From NCBI GenBank assembly GCA_965246885.1, contig OZ251992.1:576001-640000 (forward strand): a DNA stretch of 64,000 nucleotides, in the 5' to 3' direction. Under the pieces are notes generated by a model. The model had not been told where the DNA came from and made no database searches. It saw only the letters and a list, made by a program, of their open reading frames with translations. Origin of the DNA: Abditibacterium sp. Lineage in GTDB: Bacteria > Armatimonadota > Abditibacteriia > Abditibacteriales > Abditibacteriaceae. Positions 46,618 to 55,206 of the stretch are shown piece after piece; within the stretch, counting starts at the first letter, position 1; each line of letters starts with the position of its first letter. Made by a program: the position numbers and the translations under genes.

Positions 46618-47406
46618 ATGTTTTTCGACTCCCACTGCCACCTTTCCGACGCGCGCTTGCTCGCGAACTTGCCCGCCGTCTTAGAGCGCGCCCGCGCCGC
46701 GCACGTGAGCCGCATCCTTTCCATCGCGGTTGACTTGGACGACGCGCGCGCCATCGCGCCCTTGGCCGATGGGCAGAGCGTATGGATGAGCGCGGGCGTG
46801 CATCCCGCTTCGGCCCTGACGTGGGACGACGCGACATCGGGCACCGAACTACGCGACATGGTGCGCGACAACCCGCACTGCGTCGCCGTCGGCGAGTGCG
46901 GCTTGGATTATGTTTACGACGACGCGAACCCGCAATACCCCGGCGCAACTCGCGCCCGCCAAGCGGAGGTTTTCGAGGCGCAGTTGCACATCGCCGCCCA
47001 AGCCCGCAAGCCCGTCGTCATCCACAACCGCGACGCCGACGGCGACGTGCTCGCCATCCTCGGAGCGTGGCAGAGCCGCTTAGCGGGCGGCGTGTTTCAC
47101 TGCTTTGGCTCCGATTGGGAAGTCGCTCGGCGCGCACTTGACCTCGGCTTTCACATCGGCTTCACCGGCATCGTCACCTTCAAAAACGCGCCCCTGCTCC
47201 ACGAGGTCGCCGCCCAGTGCCCCCTCGAACGCCTTCTCATCGAAACCGACGCGCCCTATCTGGCCCCCGTCCCGCACCGGGGGAAACGCAACGAGCCAAG
47301 CTACGTCCCCTTCGTCGCCGCCAAAATCGCCGAACTGCGCGGGATGAGCCGCGACGAAATCGGGGAAATCACTACCAACAACGCGCGCCGCTTGTTCGGG
47401 GTGTGA
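46618..47406 (+). CDS. tatD: TatD family hydrolase
   Basis: 'DSHCH', 'GVHP', 'GECGLDY', 'IHNRDA', 'ETDAPYLAP...RNEP'. Confidence 0.93.
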   Translation: MFFDSHCHLSDARLLANLPAVLERARAAHVSRILSIAVDLDDARAIAPLADGQSVWMSAGVHPASALTWDDATSGTELRDMVRDNPHCVAVGECGLDYVYDDANPQYPGATRARQAEVFEAQLHIAAQARKPVVIHNRDADGDVLAILGAWQSRLAGGVFHCFGSDWEVARRALDLGFHIGFTGIVTFKNAPLLHEVAAQCPLERLLIETDAPYLAPVPHRGKRNEPSYVPFVAAKIAELRGMSRDEIGEITTNNARRLFGV

Positions 47407-47441
47407 AGGCCCGTTTCATGACAGTCACCGGGAGTAGCCTC

Positions 47442-47888
47442 TCACTTCTTGCGCGTGTAAAAGGTGATGGCAGCAATCACCGCCGCAACTGCGAAGCCGT
47501 AGCCTTGCAGGTCGCGCGCGCCGTCCCACGTCACGACTTGGCCCAAGAACAAGACGCCCAGCAGCGTGACTACGACGCCGAGCAACTTGCTCTTGAGGTC
47601 GTCGAGTGTGTGGATGGCCAGCCACTCCGGGACTTGGATGGTTTCGTCTACGAAGAGTTCATACAGTCCCAGCGCCACGACGTAACACAGCGTTGCCAGT
47701 AGGAACGTGTCTATCGCTTCGATGGCATGAAGCAGCAACAGCTTGCCCTTGGCCGCGCCGCTCAAGAGTTGGCCCACTAAGGTCAATACTTCCCATGCGC
47801 CGTAACCCAAGAGGGCGCACGCACACACGAACGAACCCGCCACCGCGACGAACACCAACAGCCGCGAGCGCGACAGAAAAGCCGACAT
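47442..47888 (-). CDS. YqhA (UPF0114) family membrane protein
   Basis: 'IDTFLLA...GLYELF...PEWL.I..LDDLKSKL'. Confidence 0.85.
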   Translation of the reverse strand: MSAFLSRSRLLVFVAVAGSFVCACALLGYGAWEVLTLVGQLLSGAAKGKLLLLHAIEAIDTFLLATLCYVVALGLYELFVDETIQVPEWLAIHTLDDLKSKLLGVVVTLLGVLFLGQVVTWDGARDLQGYGFAVAAVIAAITFYTRKK

Positions 47889-47917
47889 AAGCGCCGCCCA
47901 GTTTGAACGCGCGGCCT

Positions 47918-47946
47918 TTGACGCGGCGCGTCAAAGGGGCGACACT
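47918..47946 (+). promoter_or_regulatory. Putative leaderless sigma70-type promoter TTGACG-N17-GACACT
   Basis: -10 ends 6 nt before ATG 47953; -35 lies in the palindrome CTTTGACGCG..CGCGTCAAAG. Confidence 0.5.
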
Positions 47947-47952
47947 GGGGGA

Positions 47953-49176
47953 ATGACCAGCGTTTCTTCGCGCAGGATATGGCGTTTTGGTACGGGCATC
48001 GCGCTCGTGCTGGGGCTAATCGGTGCCGGGATGCTCCTGAGCCGAAGCGCGACCGGCTCCATTCCCGCTCCGCTTCCGCTTCCTTCGCCCAACGGGTTCG
48101 ACCGCTACGTTGCGGCGGCGACGGCCATTGTGCCCGCCCGTCCGCCCGTAGACGCGGTAAACGACACCGTCGTTCTTACCCCCGCTCAAGCCGCCGTGAA
48201 CTATGCGCCCGCCCGACGGGAAGCGTGGATTGGAGCCAACGCCCGCGCGTGGGCACTCATGGCCAGCGCCAAAGCCGTCGCTTCGCGCCACCCCAACATG
48301 CGCGGCACGACAATGACCCTCCCGGCATGGAAGAGGCTGCGCGAACTGGCGCGCAGCCAATCCATCCGCGTGCACAACTGGGAAGCGCGCGGGCAATGGG
48401 GCGCCGCGATGGACGGCGGCCTCGACACCCTCCAAATGGGCCGCGACATTGAACACGGCGCCCCGCTCATCGGATCGCTCGTCGGCATGGCCATCGAGCA
48501 TATCGCCGACCGTTGCGTCGAAGACGTGCCCGCGCACCTGAGCGCCCTCGAAGCGCGCGCCGCCACGCGCCGCTTGGAAACCATCATCGCTACCGGCGAG
48601 CCGTTTTCGGGCGTCTTGACCGAGGAAAAGTGGAGCTTTCTCACCCTCGCCCTCAGTTCGATGGGCGGGACGAGCGCTCGTGGCGCCTTCGCTTCCCTCG
48701 TGACGACGCCCGGACGCACCGGTTACATCAGGACGATGGACGCTTTCATCGCGGGGGCCAACGCGCCCGCACTCGCCCAAAAACCCGTTCCACTCCCCGC
48801 CGCCGCTCCGGGTTTTCTGGGCATTTATAACCTGATGTACCCCTCCGTCGAAGAGGCGCTGTTCAGCGAACACCGCCGCCGAGCGGTCGAAAACTTGCTG
48901 CTCTTGCGCTTGGCGTTGCGGGCCTACCGCGTCCAAAACGGCGCCTATCCCGCGCAGTTGTCGGCGCTTGCGCCCGGCATACTCAAGCAACTGCCCGTTG
49001 ATCCCTTCGGTGCGGGCGAGCCGCTTCGCTACCGCGTTGCGGGCGACTCTTACCTCGCGTGGAGCATCGGGCCGGACGGCATAGACAACGGCGGAGCGCT
49101 CATCCCCCTGCGCCCCGGCGCCACGCACCGCGTCGCCCGTGCAACTTCGCAGGGCGACATCACGGCCTCGCCCTGA
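47953..49176 (+). CDS. Membrane-anchored hypothetical protein with GspG/pseudopilin-like C-terminus
   Basis: N-terminal TM; C-terminal 'ALRAYR...GAYP..L..L......P.DPF...Y...SIGPDG.D.GG'. Confidence 0.6.
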   Translation: MTSVSSRRIWRFGTGIALVLGLIGAGMLLSRSATGSIPAPLPLPSPNGFDRYVAAATAIVPARPPVDAVNDTVVLTPAQAAVNYAPARREAWIGANARAWALMASAKAVASRHPNMRGTTMTLPAWKRLRELARSQSIRVHNWEARGQWGAAMDGGLDTLQMGRDIEHGAPLIGSLVGMAIEHIADRCVEDVPAHLSALEARAATRRLETIIATGEPFSGVLTEEKWSFLTLALSSMGGTSARGAFASLVTTPGRTGYIRTMDAFIAGANAPALAQKPVPLPAAAPGFLGIYNLMYPSVEEALFSEHRRRAVENLLLLRLALRAYRVQNGAYPAQLSALAPGILKQLPVDPFGAGEPLRYRVAGDSYLAWSIGPDGIDNGGALIPLRPGATHRVARATSQGDITASP

Positions 49177-49216
49177 GCCGCCCAAACGCGCGCGGGATTT
49201 GCTCCTTCTGCGGGCA

Positions 49217-49690
49217 ATGACTTCTTTTGCTCATTCGTATCTGTGGCGCGGCGTGGCAACGAACGCGCGGGTGTTTGGCTTTTTGCTCCATGACCTGCCG
49301 CTCGATTCGCCGCGCTGGGACGCGCGGCCTGAGGCCGACCGGTTCTCGCTCCGCGAAGTGGTGGCGCATCTGGTGGACTTCGACACGGTGACGCGCGAGC
49401 GGTTCGAGAGGATTATCCGCGAGGACAACCCCGAACTGCCCGACTGGGATCCAACCGTTGCCGCCGCGCACTACTCGGCGCGCGACCCACAGCATGGGAT
49501 GGAACACCTGCTGCTTTCGCGGCAAGAGTTAGCGCAGTGGCTCGAAGGGTTAAGCGAGCCGGAATGGAAGAGACGCGGCTCGCGCCCGCGCGTCGGGGAG
49601 TTCTCCGTCGAGGAAGGCACCGCCCTCTTTCTCGGACACGACTCCTATCACCTGATACAGATAGCGCAGTGGCTCGACGCGACGAAGTAA
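49217..49690 (+). CDS. DinB family protein
   Basis: 'FSLREVVAHL', 'GHDSYHLIQI'. Confidence 0.88.
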   Translation: MTSFAHSYLWRGVATNARVFGFLLHDLPLDSPRWDARPEADRFSLREVVAHLVDFDTVTRERFERIIREDNPELPDWDPTVAAAHYSARDPQHGMEHLLLSRQELAQWLEGLSEPEWKRRGSRPRVGEFSVEEGTALFLGHDSYHLIQIAQWLDATK

Positions 49691-49713
49691 CCACTTCCAC
49701 CCATTTCACTCCC

Positions 49714-50616
49714 ATGTCACTTCACCCCGTTGCGCCGCGCGTTTGGCGCTCGAATGTCCTCAACTTCGTCAACGCTTACTTCATCCAAAACGCGGACGGC
49801 GAGTTCGTCCTCGTGGATGCGGGCTTGCGGCCCGTTGTCGGGCAACTTCAGGGCGCTGCCGTTGAGTTGGGGCGCCCTCCCGTCGCCATCGTCCTCACTC
49901 ATGGGCACATAGACCACGTCGGCGGCGCGGGCGAGTTGGCGCGGGCGTGGAACGTGCCGGTTTACGCGGGGCGTTTGGAACGCCCGTTTTTGACCGGCAT
50001 GGATTTATACCCGCCCGGCGACCCCACCGTCGGCGGCGCGCTCGCGCAAGTCTCGCGCTTCCTACCGCCCCAAAAGTTCGACCTTTCCGACGTGTTGGAA
50101 ACCCTCCCCGACGACGGGCAGTTGGACGTTTTAGGCGGCTGGCAAGTCATTCAAACGCCGGGACACTCGCCGGGGCACGTGAGTTTGTGGCACGAGGACG
50201 ACCGGGTGTTGCTTGCGGGAGACGCCTTGTGCACGGCGGACATGGACTCACTCGTTGGTATGACGACGCTCCAACCCACGCAGTTCGCGCGCGGCGGCAC
50301 GCCGTTCGTTCCCGACTGGGGCGCCATGAAACACTCGCTCGGCGTTCTGGCCGACTTAGAACCCGTGACTGTTGCGGCGGGGCATGGCCTACCCATGAGC
50401 GGCGGAGACGTGCCGCAACGCTTGCGCGATTTCTATCACTCCTTCACCCCGCCCGCGCATGGCCGTTACGCCGACGTTCCCGCCCTGACCGACGAAAGCG
50501 GCGTCACGTTTTTGCCGCCCGCGCCGCCCGACCCATTGCCGCGCAACGTTGCGCTCGGCGCCCTCGCGGGCGGGTTGGCGTTTGCCCTTTTGGGCGGCGC
50601 ACGGCGGGGAGATTAA
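49714..50616 (+). CDS. MBL-fold metallo-hydrolase
   Basis: 'LTHGHIDHVG', 'TPGHSPGH', 'AGDA', 'GHG'. Confidence 0.92.
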   Translation: MSLHPVAPRVWRSNVLNFVNAYFIQNADGEFVLVDAGLRPVVGQLQGAAVELGRPPVAIVLTHGHIDHVGGAGELARAWNVPVYAGRLERPFLTGMDLYPPGDPTVGGALAQVSRFLPPQKFDLSDVLETLPDDGQLDVLGGWQVIQTPGHSPGHVSLWHEDDRVLLAGDALCTADMDSLVGMTTLQPTQFARGGTPFVPDWGAMKHSLGVLADLEPVTVAAGHGLPMSGGDVPQRLRDFYHSFTPPAHGRYADVPALTDESGVTFLPPAPPDPLPRNVALGALAGGLAFALLGGARRGD

Positions 50617-50720
50617 CCAATGGCGCGATCCGGTGGACGAATGGCATGGCCCGGCGGACGGATGGCGCAGTTAATTCTTTGAATGGCGCGACCCGGCGGG
50701 CGAGTCACCGAGGCCCGCCG
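50615..50720. repeat. Degenerate 21-nt-period repeat between convergent genes
   Basis: (A/G)ATGGC at 50619, 50640, 50661, 50682. Confidence 0.65.
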
Positions 50721-50721
50721 C

Positions 50722-51465
50722 TTAGTTCTGGAAGGTGTTTCCGGCGCGGTCTACGCCCCGCGCGCGCCACAGTTTGTGAATTTGGTTGTGCGGGTGGTCG
50801 GGGAAGATTTGCGTGGTGAGCGGAAAGTAGCGCATGGTGTATCCGGCGCGGCGAAGCGGACTGGTGTTCGCTTCGGCTCCGTGAATAATGCGCGCCTCGT
50901 GGAGGCTGCACCCGTTCGGCTCCAACTCGAAGTAAACCGCGCGGGAGGCATCGAACTGGTCGGCTTTGATTTGCGAGTTGAAAATGTTGTTTTGCGTGTC
51001 CACGCCTTCATATTGCGAGAAGCCGCCTTCTTGCGTGCCGGGAATGACGGCCATGCAGCCATTCTCGCGGGTGGCGCGGTCGAGGGCGAGCCACACGGTG
51101 ACGATGCCTTCCATCGTCGAAATGCGCCCGCTCCAATAGGTGGAGTCCTCGTGCCAAGGCGTCGCTTTGCCGGTGAAGGGCGGCTTGGAAATGAAGTGGC
51201 TGCTCCACAGTCCGATGTCTGGCCCGACGAGCGGCTCCACCAAGTCGAGAACTTCGTCGCACAAGAGGAACTCCAACAGCCGCGCGTCGCGGAAGTGGAT
51301 GGTGTCAAGGTTCTCTTCGCCGTAGGTGGCCAAGTCTTCCTCGAAGATGGCCTGAAGGCGGGCGAACTTGTCGGGAGCAAAGACAGGTTGGTGAAACAGC
51401 GTGTAGCCGTCGCGCCCGTACTGTTCGACTTGGGCGGGCGAAAGGCGTCCGGTGGTGGTGGTCAT
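50722..51465 (-). CDS. Phytanoyl-CoA dioxygenase family (Fe/2OG) protein
   Basis: 'TPWHED', 'WLALD....ENGC..VIPG', 'IHGAEANTS..RR'. Confidence 0.9.
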   Translation of the reverse strand: MTTTTGRLSPAQVEQYGRDGYTLFHQPVFAPDKFARLQAIFEEDLATYGEENLDTIHFRDARLLEFLLCDEVLDLVEPLVGPDIGLWSSHFISKPPFTGKATPWHEDSTYWSGRISTMEGIVTVWLALDRATRENGCMAVIPGTQEGGFSQYEGVDTQNNIFNSQIKADQFDASRAVYFELEPNGCSLHEARIIHGAEANTSPLRRAGYTMRYFPLTTQIFPDHPHNQIHKLWRARGVDRAGNTFQN

Positions 51466-51540
51466 GGCCTTTCTAATCTACCCCCGTACGGTGGCGCGGA
51501 AAAGAGAGTAAACCTCCTCCGGTTCTCTTTTGCGGCCACA

Positions 51541-52335
51541 ATGATCAACCACATTCGTTTCTTCGATGTCGCGGGCGTTCGCGCCTTCCACGCGCGCCGC
51601 GTCGTGGGGGCCGAGAAGATTTCCGCTCACGACCACGACTTTTGGGAAGCTTTTTGGGTTGAAAGCGGAAGTGCCCGCCATGTTGTCAATGGGCGCGGAC
51701 ATGCTTTGGGGCGCGGCGACGCCTGCTTGATTCGGCCCTCCGACGTTCACTGCTTGGAAGGCGACGCGCCGTGCCGCATCGTCAACGTCGCGTGGCCCGC
51801 CGATGGCTGGGAGCGGTGGTTGGACTTGGCGGCACTCCGGGCCGAGGAAGCCGCTCCCTTCACTCATGGCCCCGAACTGGGCGCCGCCTTCGCGCGCATG
51901 AACGCGGCTTACGCTGTTGAGGGCACGCGCGAAGCGCTCGAACTGGCCCGTTTCTGGGGCGAACTGGCGCCGCACTTTTGGCCCACCTCCGACCCAAATG
52001 ACGCGCGACCGCCTTGGGTGCTCCGCGTTCTCGACCGATTTGAGCGCGAGGACGGCGTGCGCGGCGGCTACGAGTTTCTGCTTCGCATCGCGCCCGTTTC
52101 GCCGCGCGGCTTGCACCGCGCGTGGACGGCGGCTTTTAATCAAACTCCCTCCGCGTGGGTGGGCGAAAAGCGCTTGGCCCGCGCCGCTTTGCTGTTGCTT
52201 GAAACCGCTTTGCCCGTCCAAGAAGTCGCGCTGCGGTGCGGCTTCGACAACGCCCCGTATTTCCACCGCGTTTGGAAGCAAAAACACGCCGTTTCGCCCC
52301 AAACCTTCCGCGACCGTTTGCGCACCGGAGACTAA
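51541..52335 (+). CDS. AraC family transcriptional regulator
   Basis: Cupin 'HDHDFWE...DVH'; HTH 'RLARAALLL...VALRCGF....YFHR.W...SPQ.FR'. Confidence 0.9.
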   Translation: MINHIRFFDVAGVRAFHARRVVGAEKISAHDHDFWEAFWVESGSARHVVNGRGHALGRGDACLIRPSDVHCLEGDAPCRIVNVAWPADGWERWLDLAALRAEEAAPFTHGPELGAAFARMNAAYAVEGTREALELARFWGELAPHFWPTSDPNDARPPWVLRVLDRFEREDGVRGGYEFLLRIAPVSPRGLHRAWTAAFNQTPSAWVGEKRLARAALLLLETALPVQEVALRCGFDNAPYFHRVWKQKHAVSPQTFRDRLRTGD

Positions 52336-52341
52336 TCCCCG

Positions 52342-53361
52342 ATGAACCGCTTCATCCCACAAGCCGCGCTTCGCGTCGGTGCCATGCTCGCTACGGCTTG
52401 TTGCCTGTCATTGGGCGTTTGCCACGCCCAAGGGTTCCCGCGCGCCTCGCTCGTTGGCTATGAGCCGGTCGGGTGGCACATCACGTATATGACCGGCCTG
52501 CGCGACGACCTGTTCTGGCCAATTCCTGTAGGTGGCGATGGCCTCGGCAATGAAGGAATAGGATATTTGGAGGTTTTCTGCTGCGCTCCACACCTTTACG
52601 GCATGTTTGGCTTCAATGGGGGTGTCGAACTACTCGACTTTGGGCCAACTCGCAGTGTGGGCACCTTCCCGCTTGCGCCCCGCGATTCGGGTAACGACGA
52701 GCAGGTTTACGCCGGTGCGTCGCGGGTCGTGCTGGTTCAAAGCAACGGGGCGTGGGTGTGGAATAGACGTTCGCGGCGTTTGGTGAGCCACTGGAATTTG
52801 AAGCGGGCTGAAGGAGAAGAAGTCGGGCTGATGTCCACTGCCTATGCTCCCCACGCGGGCGTTATTATGCAAGCGGTCGGCCCTCAACTGCGCGCGTGGA
52901 ACGTGAGGACAGGAAAGCTCGCTTGGGTGGCGCCGCACGCTTTGGCCGAATTCGACGCCGAATATGGTGAAGCCAAAGAAGCCAGCCACGTGGTATTTTC
53001 GCCCAACGCCCACTTGTGCTTCTACGATACGACCAATTACGACAACCGTCCCGGCCCGCGCGACGACGAAGATACGCCGCGCGACGGGCCTCCCGGCCCC
53101 ACGCACGTCGCTTCGTGCGCAAGCGGGCTGACGCTCTGGACGATTGCCCCCGCTTACACCTTGACTTTTGGCGGCGACGGACGCACCGTGTGGGCGCAGC
53201 GTGCTGGCGCCCTCACTGTAGAAATGTGCGACGCCCAAACGGGGAAGGTGTTGCGTACTGTGCCCATCGGCGCAGGGTGTCGCGTGCTTGGCTCATCCAG
53301 TGACGGGGCGGCGCTGTATAGTCACGACAAGGCGGGTCGCGTTTATCGGCAGGGTCTGTGA
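52342..53361 (+). CDS. Secreted WD40-like beta-propeller protein
   Basis: Signal peptide; 'WNVRTGK', 'VFSPN', 'DAQTGKVLR', 'SSDG' blades. Confidence 0.55.
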   Translation: MNRFIPQAALRVGAMLATACCLSLGVCHAQGFPRASLVGYEPVGWHITYMTGLRDDLFWPIPVGGDGLGNEGIGYLEVFCCAPHLYGMFGFNGGVELLDFGPTRSVGTFPLAPRDSGNDEQVYAGASRVVLVQSNGAWVWNRRSRRLVSHWNLKRAEGEEVGLMSTAYAPHAGVIMQAVGPQLRAWNVRTGKLAWVAPHALAEFDAEYGEAKEASHVVFSPNAHLCFYDTTNYDNRPGPRDDEDTPRDGPPGPTHVASCASGLTLWTIAPAYTLTFGGDGRTVWAQRAGALTVEMCDAQTGKVLRTVPIGAGCRVLGSSSDGAALYSHDKAGRVYRQGL

Positions 53362-53467
53362 GGTCTTACAATACTGTGCGCGGAACGAAGCGGGGGGCGC
53401 GGCGTTTAGCAGTGTGCTGAGCAAAACAGCGCGGGCCACCGGAAAACACCGGATTCCGCTCACCATT

Positions 53468-53878
53468 ATGGAAACCACAACGACAATGATTTCGATTTCC
53501 GACCGTGCCGCGCAAGAAGTGCACGGTCTGTTGGAGCGCCAAAACAAGCCCGACGCGATGCTCCGCGTGTTCGTCGCAGGCGGCGGCTGTTCGGGCTTTC
53601 AATACGGCATGACGCTCGAAGAAGAGCCGATGGAAGGCGACGAGCAGTTCGAGTCGAACGGCGTACGCGTGATTATTGACCCGCGCTCCGTGCAGTACAT
53701 GGGCGGCGCCCAGATTGATTTCGTCGAGTCCATGATGGGCGGCGGCTTCAAAATTGATAACCCCAACGCGGCGTCTTCGTGCGGTTGCGGCTCCAGCTTT
53801 ACGCCCAAAGAAGGCGAGGCGGCTCCGGCGAGTGGCGGCGGGTGCGGCTCGTGCTCGTCGGGCGCGGGCGGATTCTAA
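53468..53878 (+). CDS. A-type Fe-S carrier (ErpA/IscA, HesB family)
   Basis: 'GGGCSGFQY', 'NPNA..SCGCGSSF'. Confidence 0.95.
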   Translation: METTTTMISISDRAAQEVHGLLERQNKPDAMLRVFVAGGGCSGFQYGMTLEEEPMEGDEQFESNGVRVIIDPRSVQYMGGAQIDFVESMMGGGFKIDNPNAASSCGCGSSFTPKEGEAAPASGGGCGSCSSGAGGF

Positions 53879-53884
53879 GCGATT

Positions 53885-53924
53885 TCCTTCCGGCGGCGCG
53901 CTCCCATAACGCGGGGCGCGCCGC
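53885..53924 (+). terminator. Hairpin after the Fe-S carrier gene
   Basis: GCGGCGCGCTCC...GGGGCGCGCCGC. Confidence 0.45.
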
Positions 53925-53935
53925 TTGCTGTTTCC

Positions 53936-54787
53936 ATGCTCCTTGGCGCCCATCTCCCGACCGGTAAGGGGTTCCCCTTCGCCCTTGCCCATGCGCAGCA
54001 GCTCGGTTTGGGGTGCTTGCAACTGTTCTCGAAGTCCCCAAAACAGTGGAGCGCGGCGGCTTTGGACGAGGGGAAGTGCGCCGACTTCCGCGCGCGTTGG
54101 CGCGAGTCCGGGATGGCGCCGCTTGTGGTGCACGACTCGTTCCTCATCAACCTTGCCGCGCCCGACGAAGCGGTGAGGGAAAAGTCGATCGCCGCGATGG
54201 TGGACGAGATACAGCGCGCCGACGCTCTGGGCGCCGATTGGCTGGTGACGCATTGCGGCGCGCACCTCCAGAAAGACAAGACCGAGGGCGAGCGGGTGGG
54301 TTTGGCGACGCTCGCGGCGAGTTTGTGGCTCTGCTTGGAAGCGACGGCAGGGGCGCGGGTGCGGATTGCCCTCGAAAACACCGCCGCGCAGGGCACCTGC
54401 TTGGGTGGCCCGTTCTGGCATCTGGGGCAGGTATTGGCCGACCTCGATTCGCCGCGCTTGGGGGTATGTTTCGATACCTGCCACGCGTGGGCGGCGGGCT
54501 ACGATGTCGCGGCGGATGTGGCGGGAGTGCTGGCGCAGTTCGACGGCGCGATTGGGTTGGGTAAACTTGGCGTCGTTCACTTGAACGACGCCAAGGGCAC
54601 GCTCGGCGGGCACTTGGACAGGCACGAGCACATCGGCGAAGGTGCCATCGGGCGCGCGGGGATGGCCGCTTTGCTGCATCATCCAGCGTTGCGGGCGTTG
54701 CCATTTGTCCTCGAAACGCCGGAAGTCGAGACGCGCATCGCCGATAACGTCGCGGCGGCGCGCGCCCTTGGCCCGCTCAGCGCGTGA
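53936..54787 (+). CDS. nfo: Endonuclease IV
   Basis: 'LGAH', 'HDSFLINL', 'LENTA', 'CFDTCH', 'HLND', 'DRHEHIGEG', 'LETP'. Confidence 0.95.
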   Translation: MLLGAHLPTGKGFPFALAHAQQLGLGCLQLFSKSPKQWSAAALDEGKCADFRARWRESGMAPLVVHDSFLINLAAPDEAVREKSIAAMVDEIQRADALGADWLVTHCGAHLQKDKTEGERVGLATLAASLWLCLEATAGARVRIALENTAAQGTCLGGPFWHLGQVLADLDSPRLGVCFDTCHAWAAGYDVAADVAGVLAQFDGAIGLGKLGVVHLNDAKGTLGGHLDRHEHIGEGAIGRAGMAALLHHPALRALPFVLETPEVETRIADNVAAARALGPLSA

Positions 54788-55196
54788 ACAGCCACAGCAA
54801 GCCGCCCGCCGCGCCCAGCGCGACCAATGGCACGAGCAGGATGAGCGGGCGATTCTCGCGCTCCCCATACGACGGCGCGACCAGCCAATACCCCAGCGCC
54901 CCGCCCATCACCGCTCCCCACACCGTCCACGCAATCCAAGGCGCAATCGGGAGCGCCGCGCCGCCCGTGATTGTGTCCAAACCCCGCACCAGATAAAACG
55001 CGGGCCAGCGCAGCGCCTGCGACAGCCACACGAGCGCGCTCAGGCCGAAAGTCACCAGCATCAACCCCACGCTGAGCAGCATCTGCGGCGGTAGCTGCGA
55101 CAGCCAACCCATCCCGCGACGGCGGCGCGGCGCTTGGCGTGAACGCTGGTCGGGCGGGGGCGACAAAAACGAAGGCGGGCGGAAAGAAAAGTTCAT
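54777..55196 (-). CDS. Small membrane protein (about 3 TM), last gene of the kinase operon
   Basis: Hydrophobic segments; starts 10 nt after the kinase stop. Confidence 0.7.
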   Translation of the reverse strand: MNFSFRPPSFLSPPPDQRSRQAPRRRRGMGWLSQLPPQMLLSVGLMLVTFGLSALVWLSQALRWPAFYLVRGLDTITGGAALPIAPWIAWTVWGAVMGGALGYWLVAPSYGERENRPLILLVPLVALGAAGGLLWLFTR

Positions 55197-55206
55197 CGGA
55201 AGCACC

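Noticed and set aside
50683..51540. N-terminal 286 aa of the 550-aa track ORF
   Set aside because: Antisense shadow of the dioxygenase gene; the AraC protein starts at 51541.
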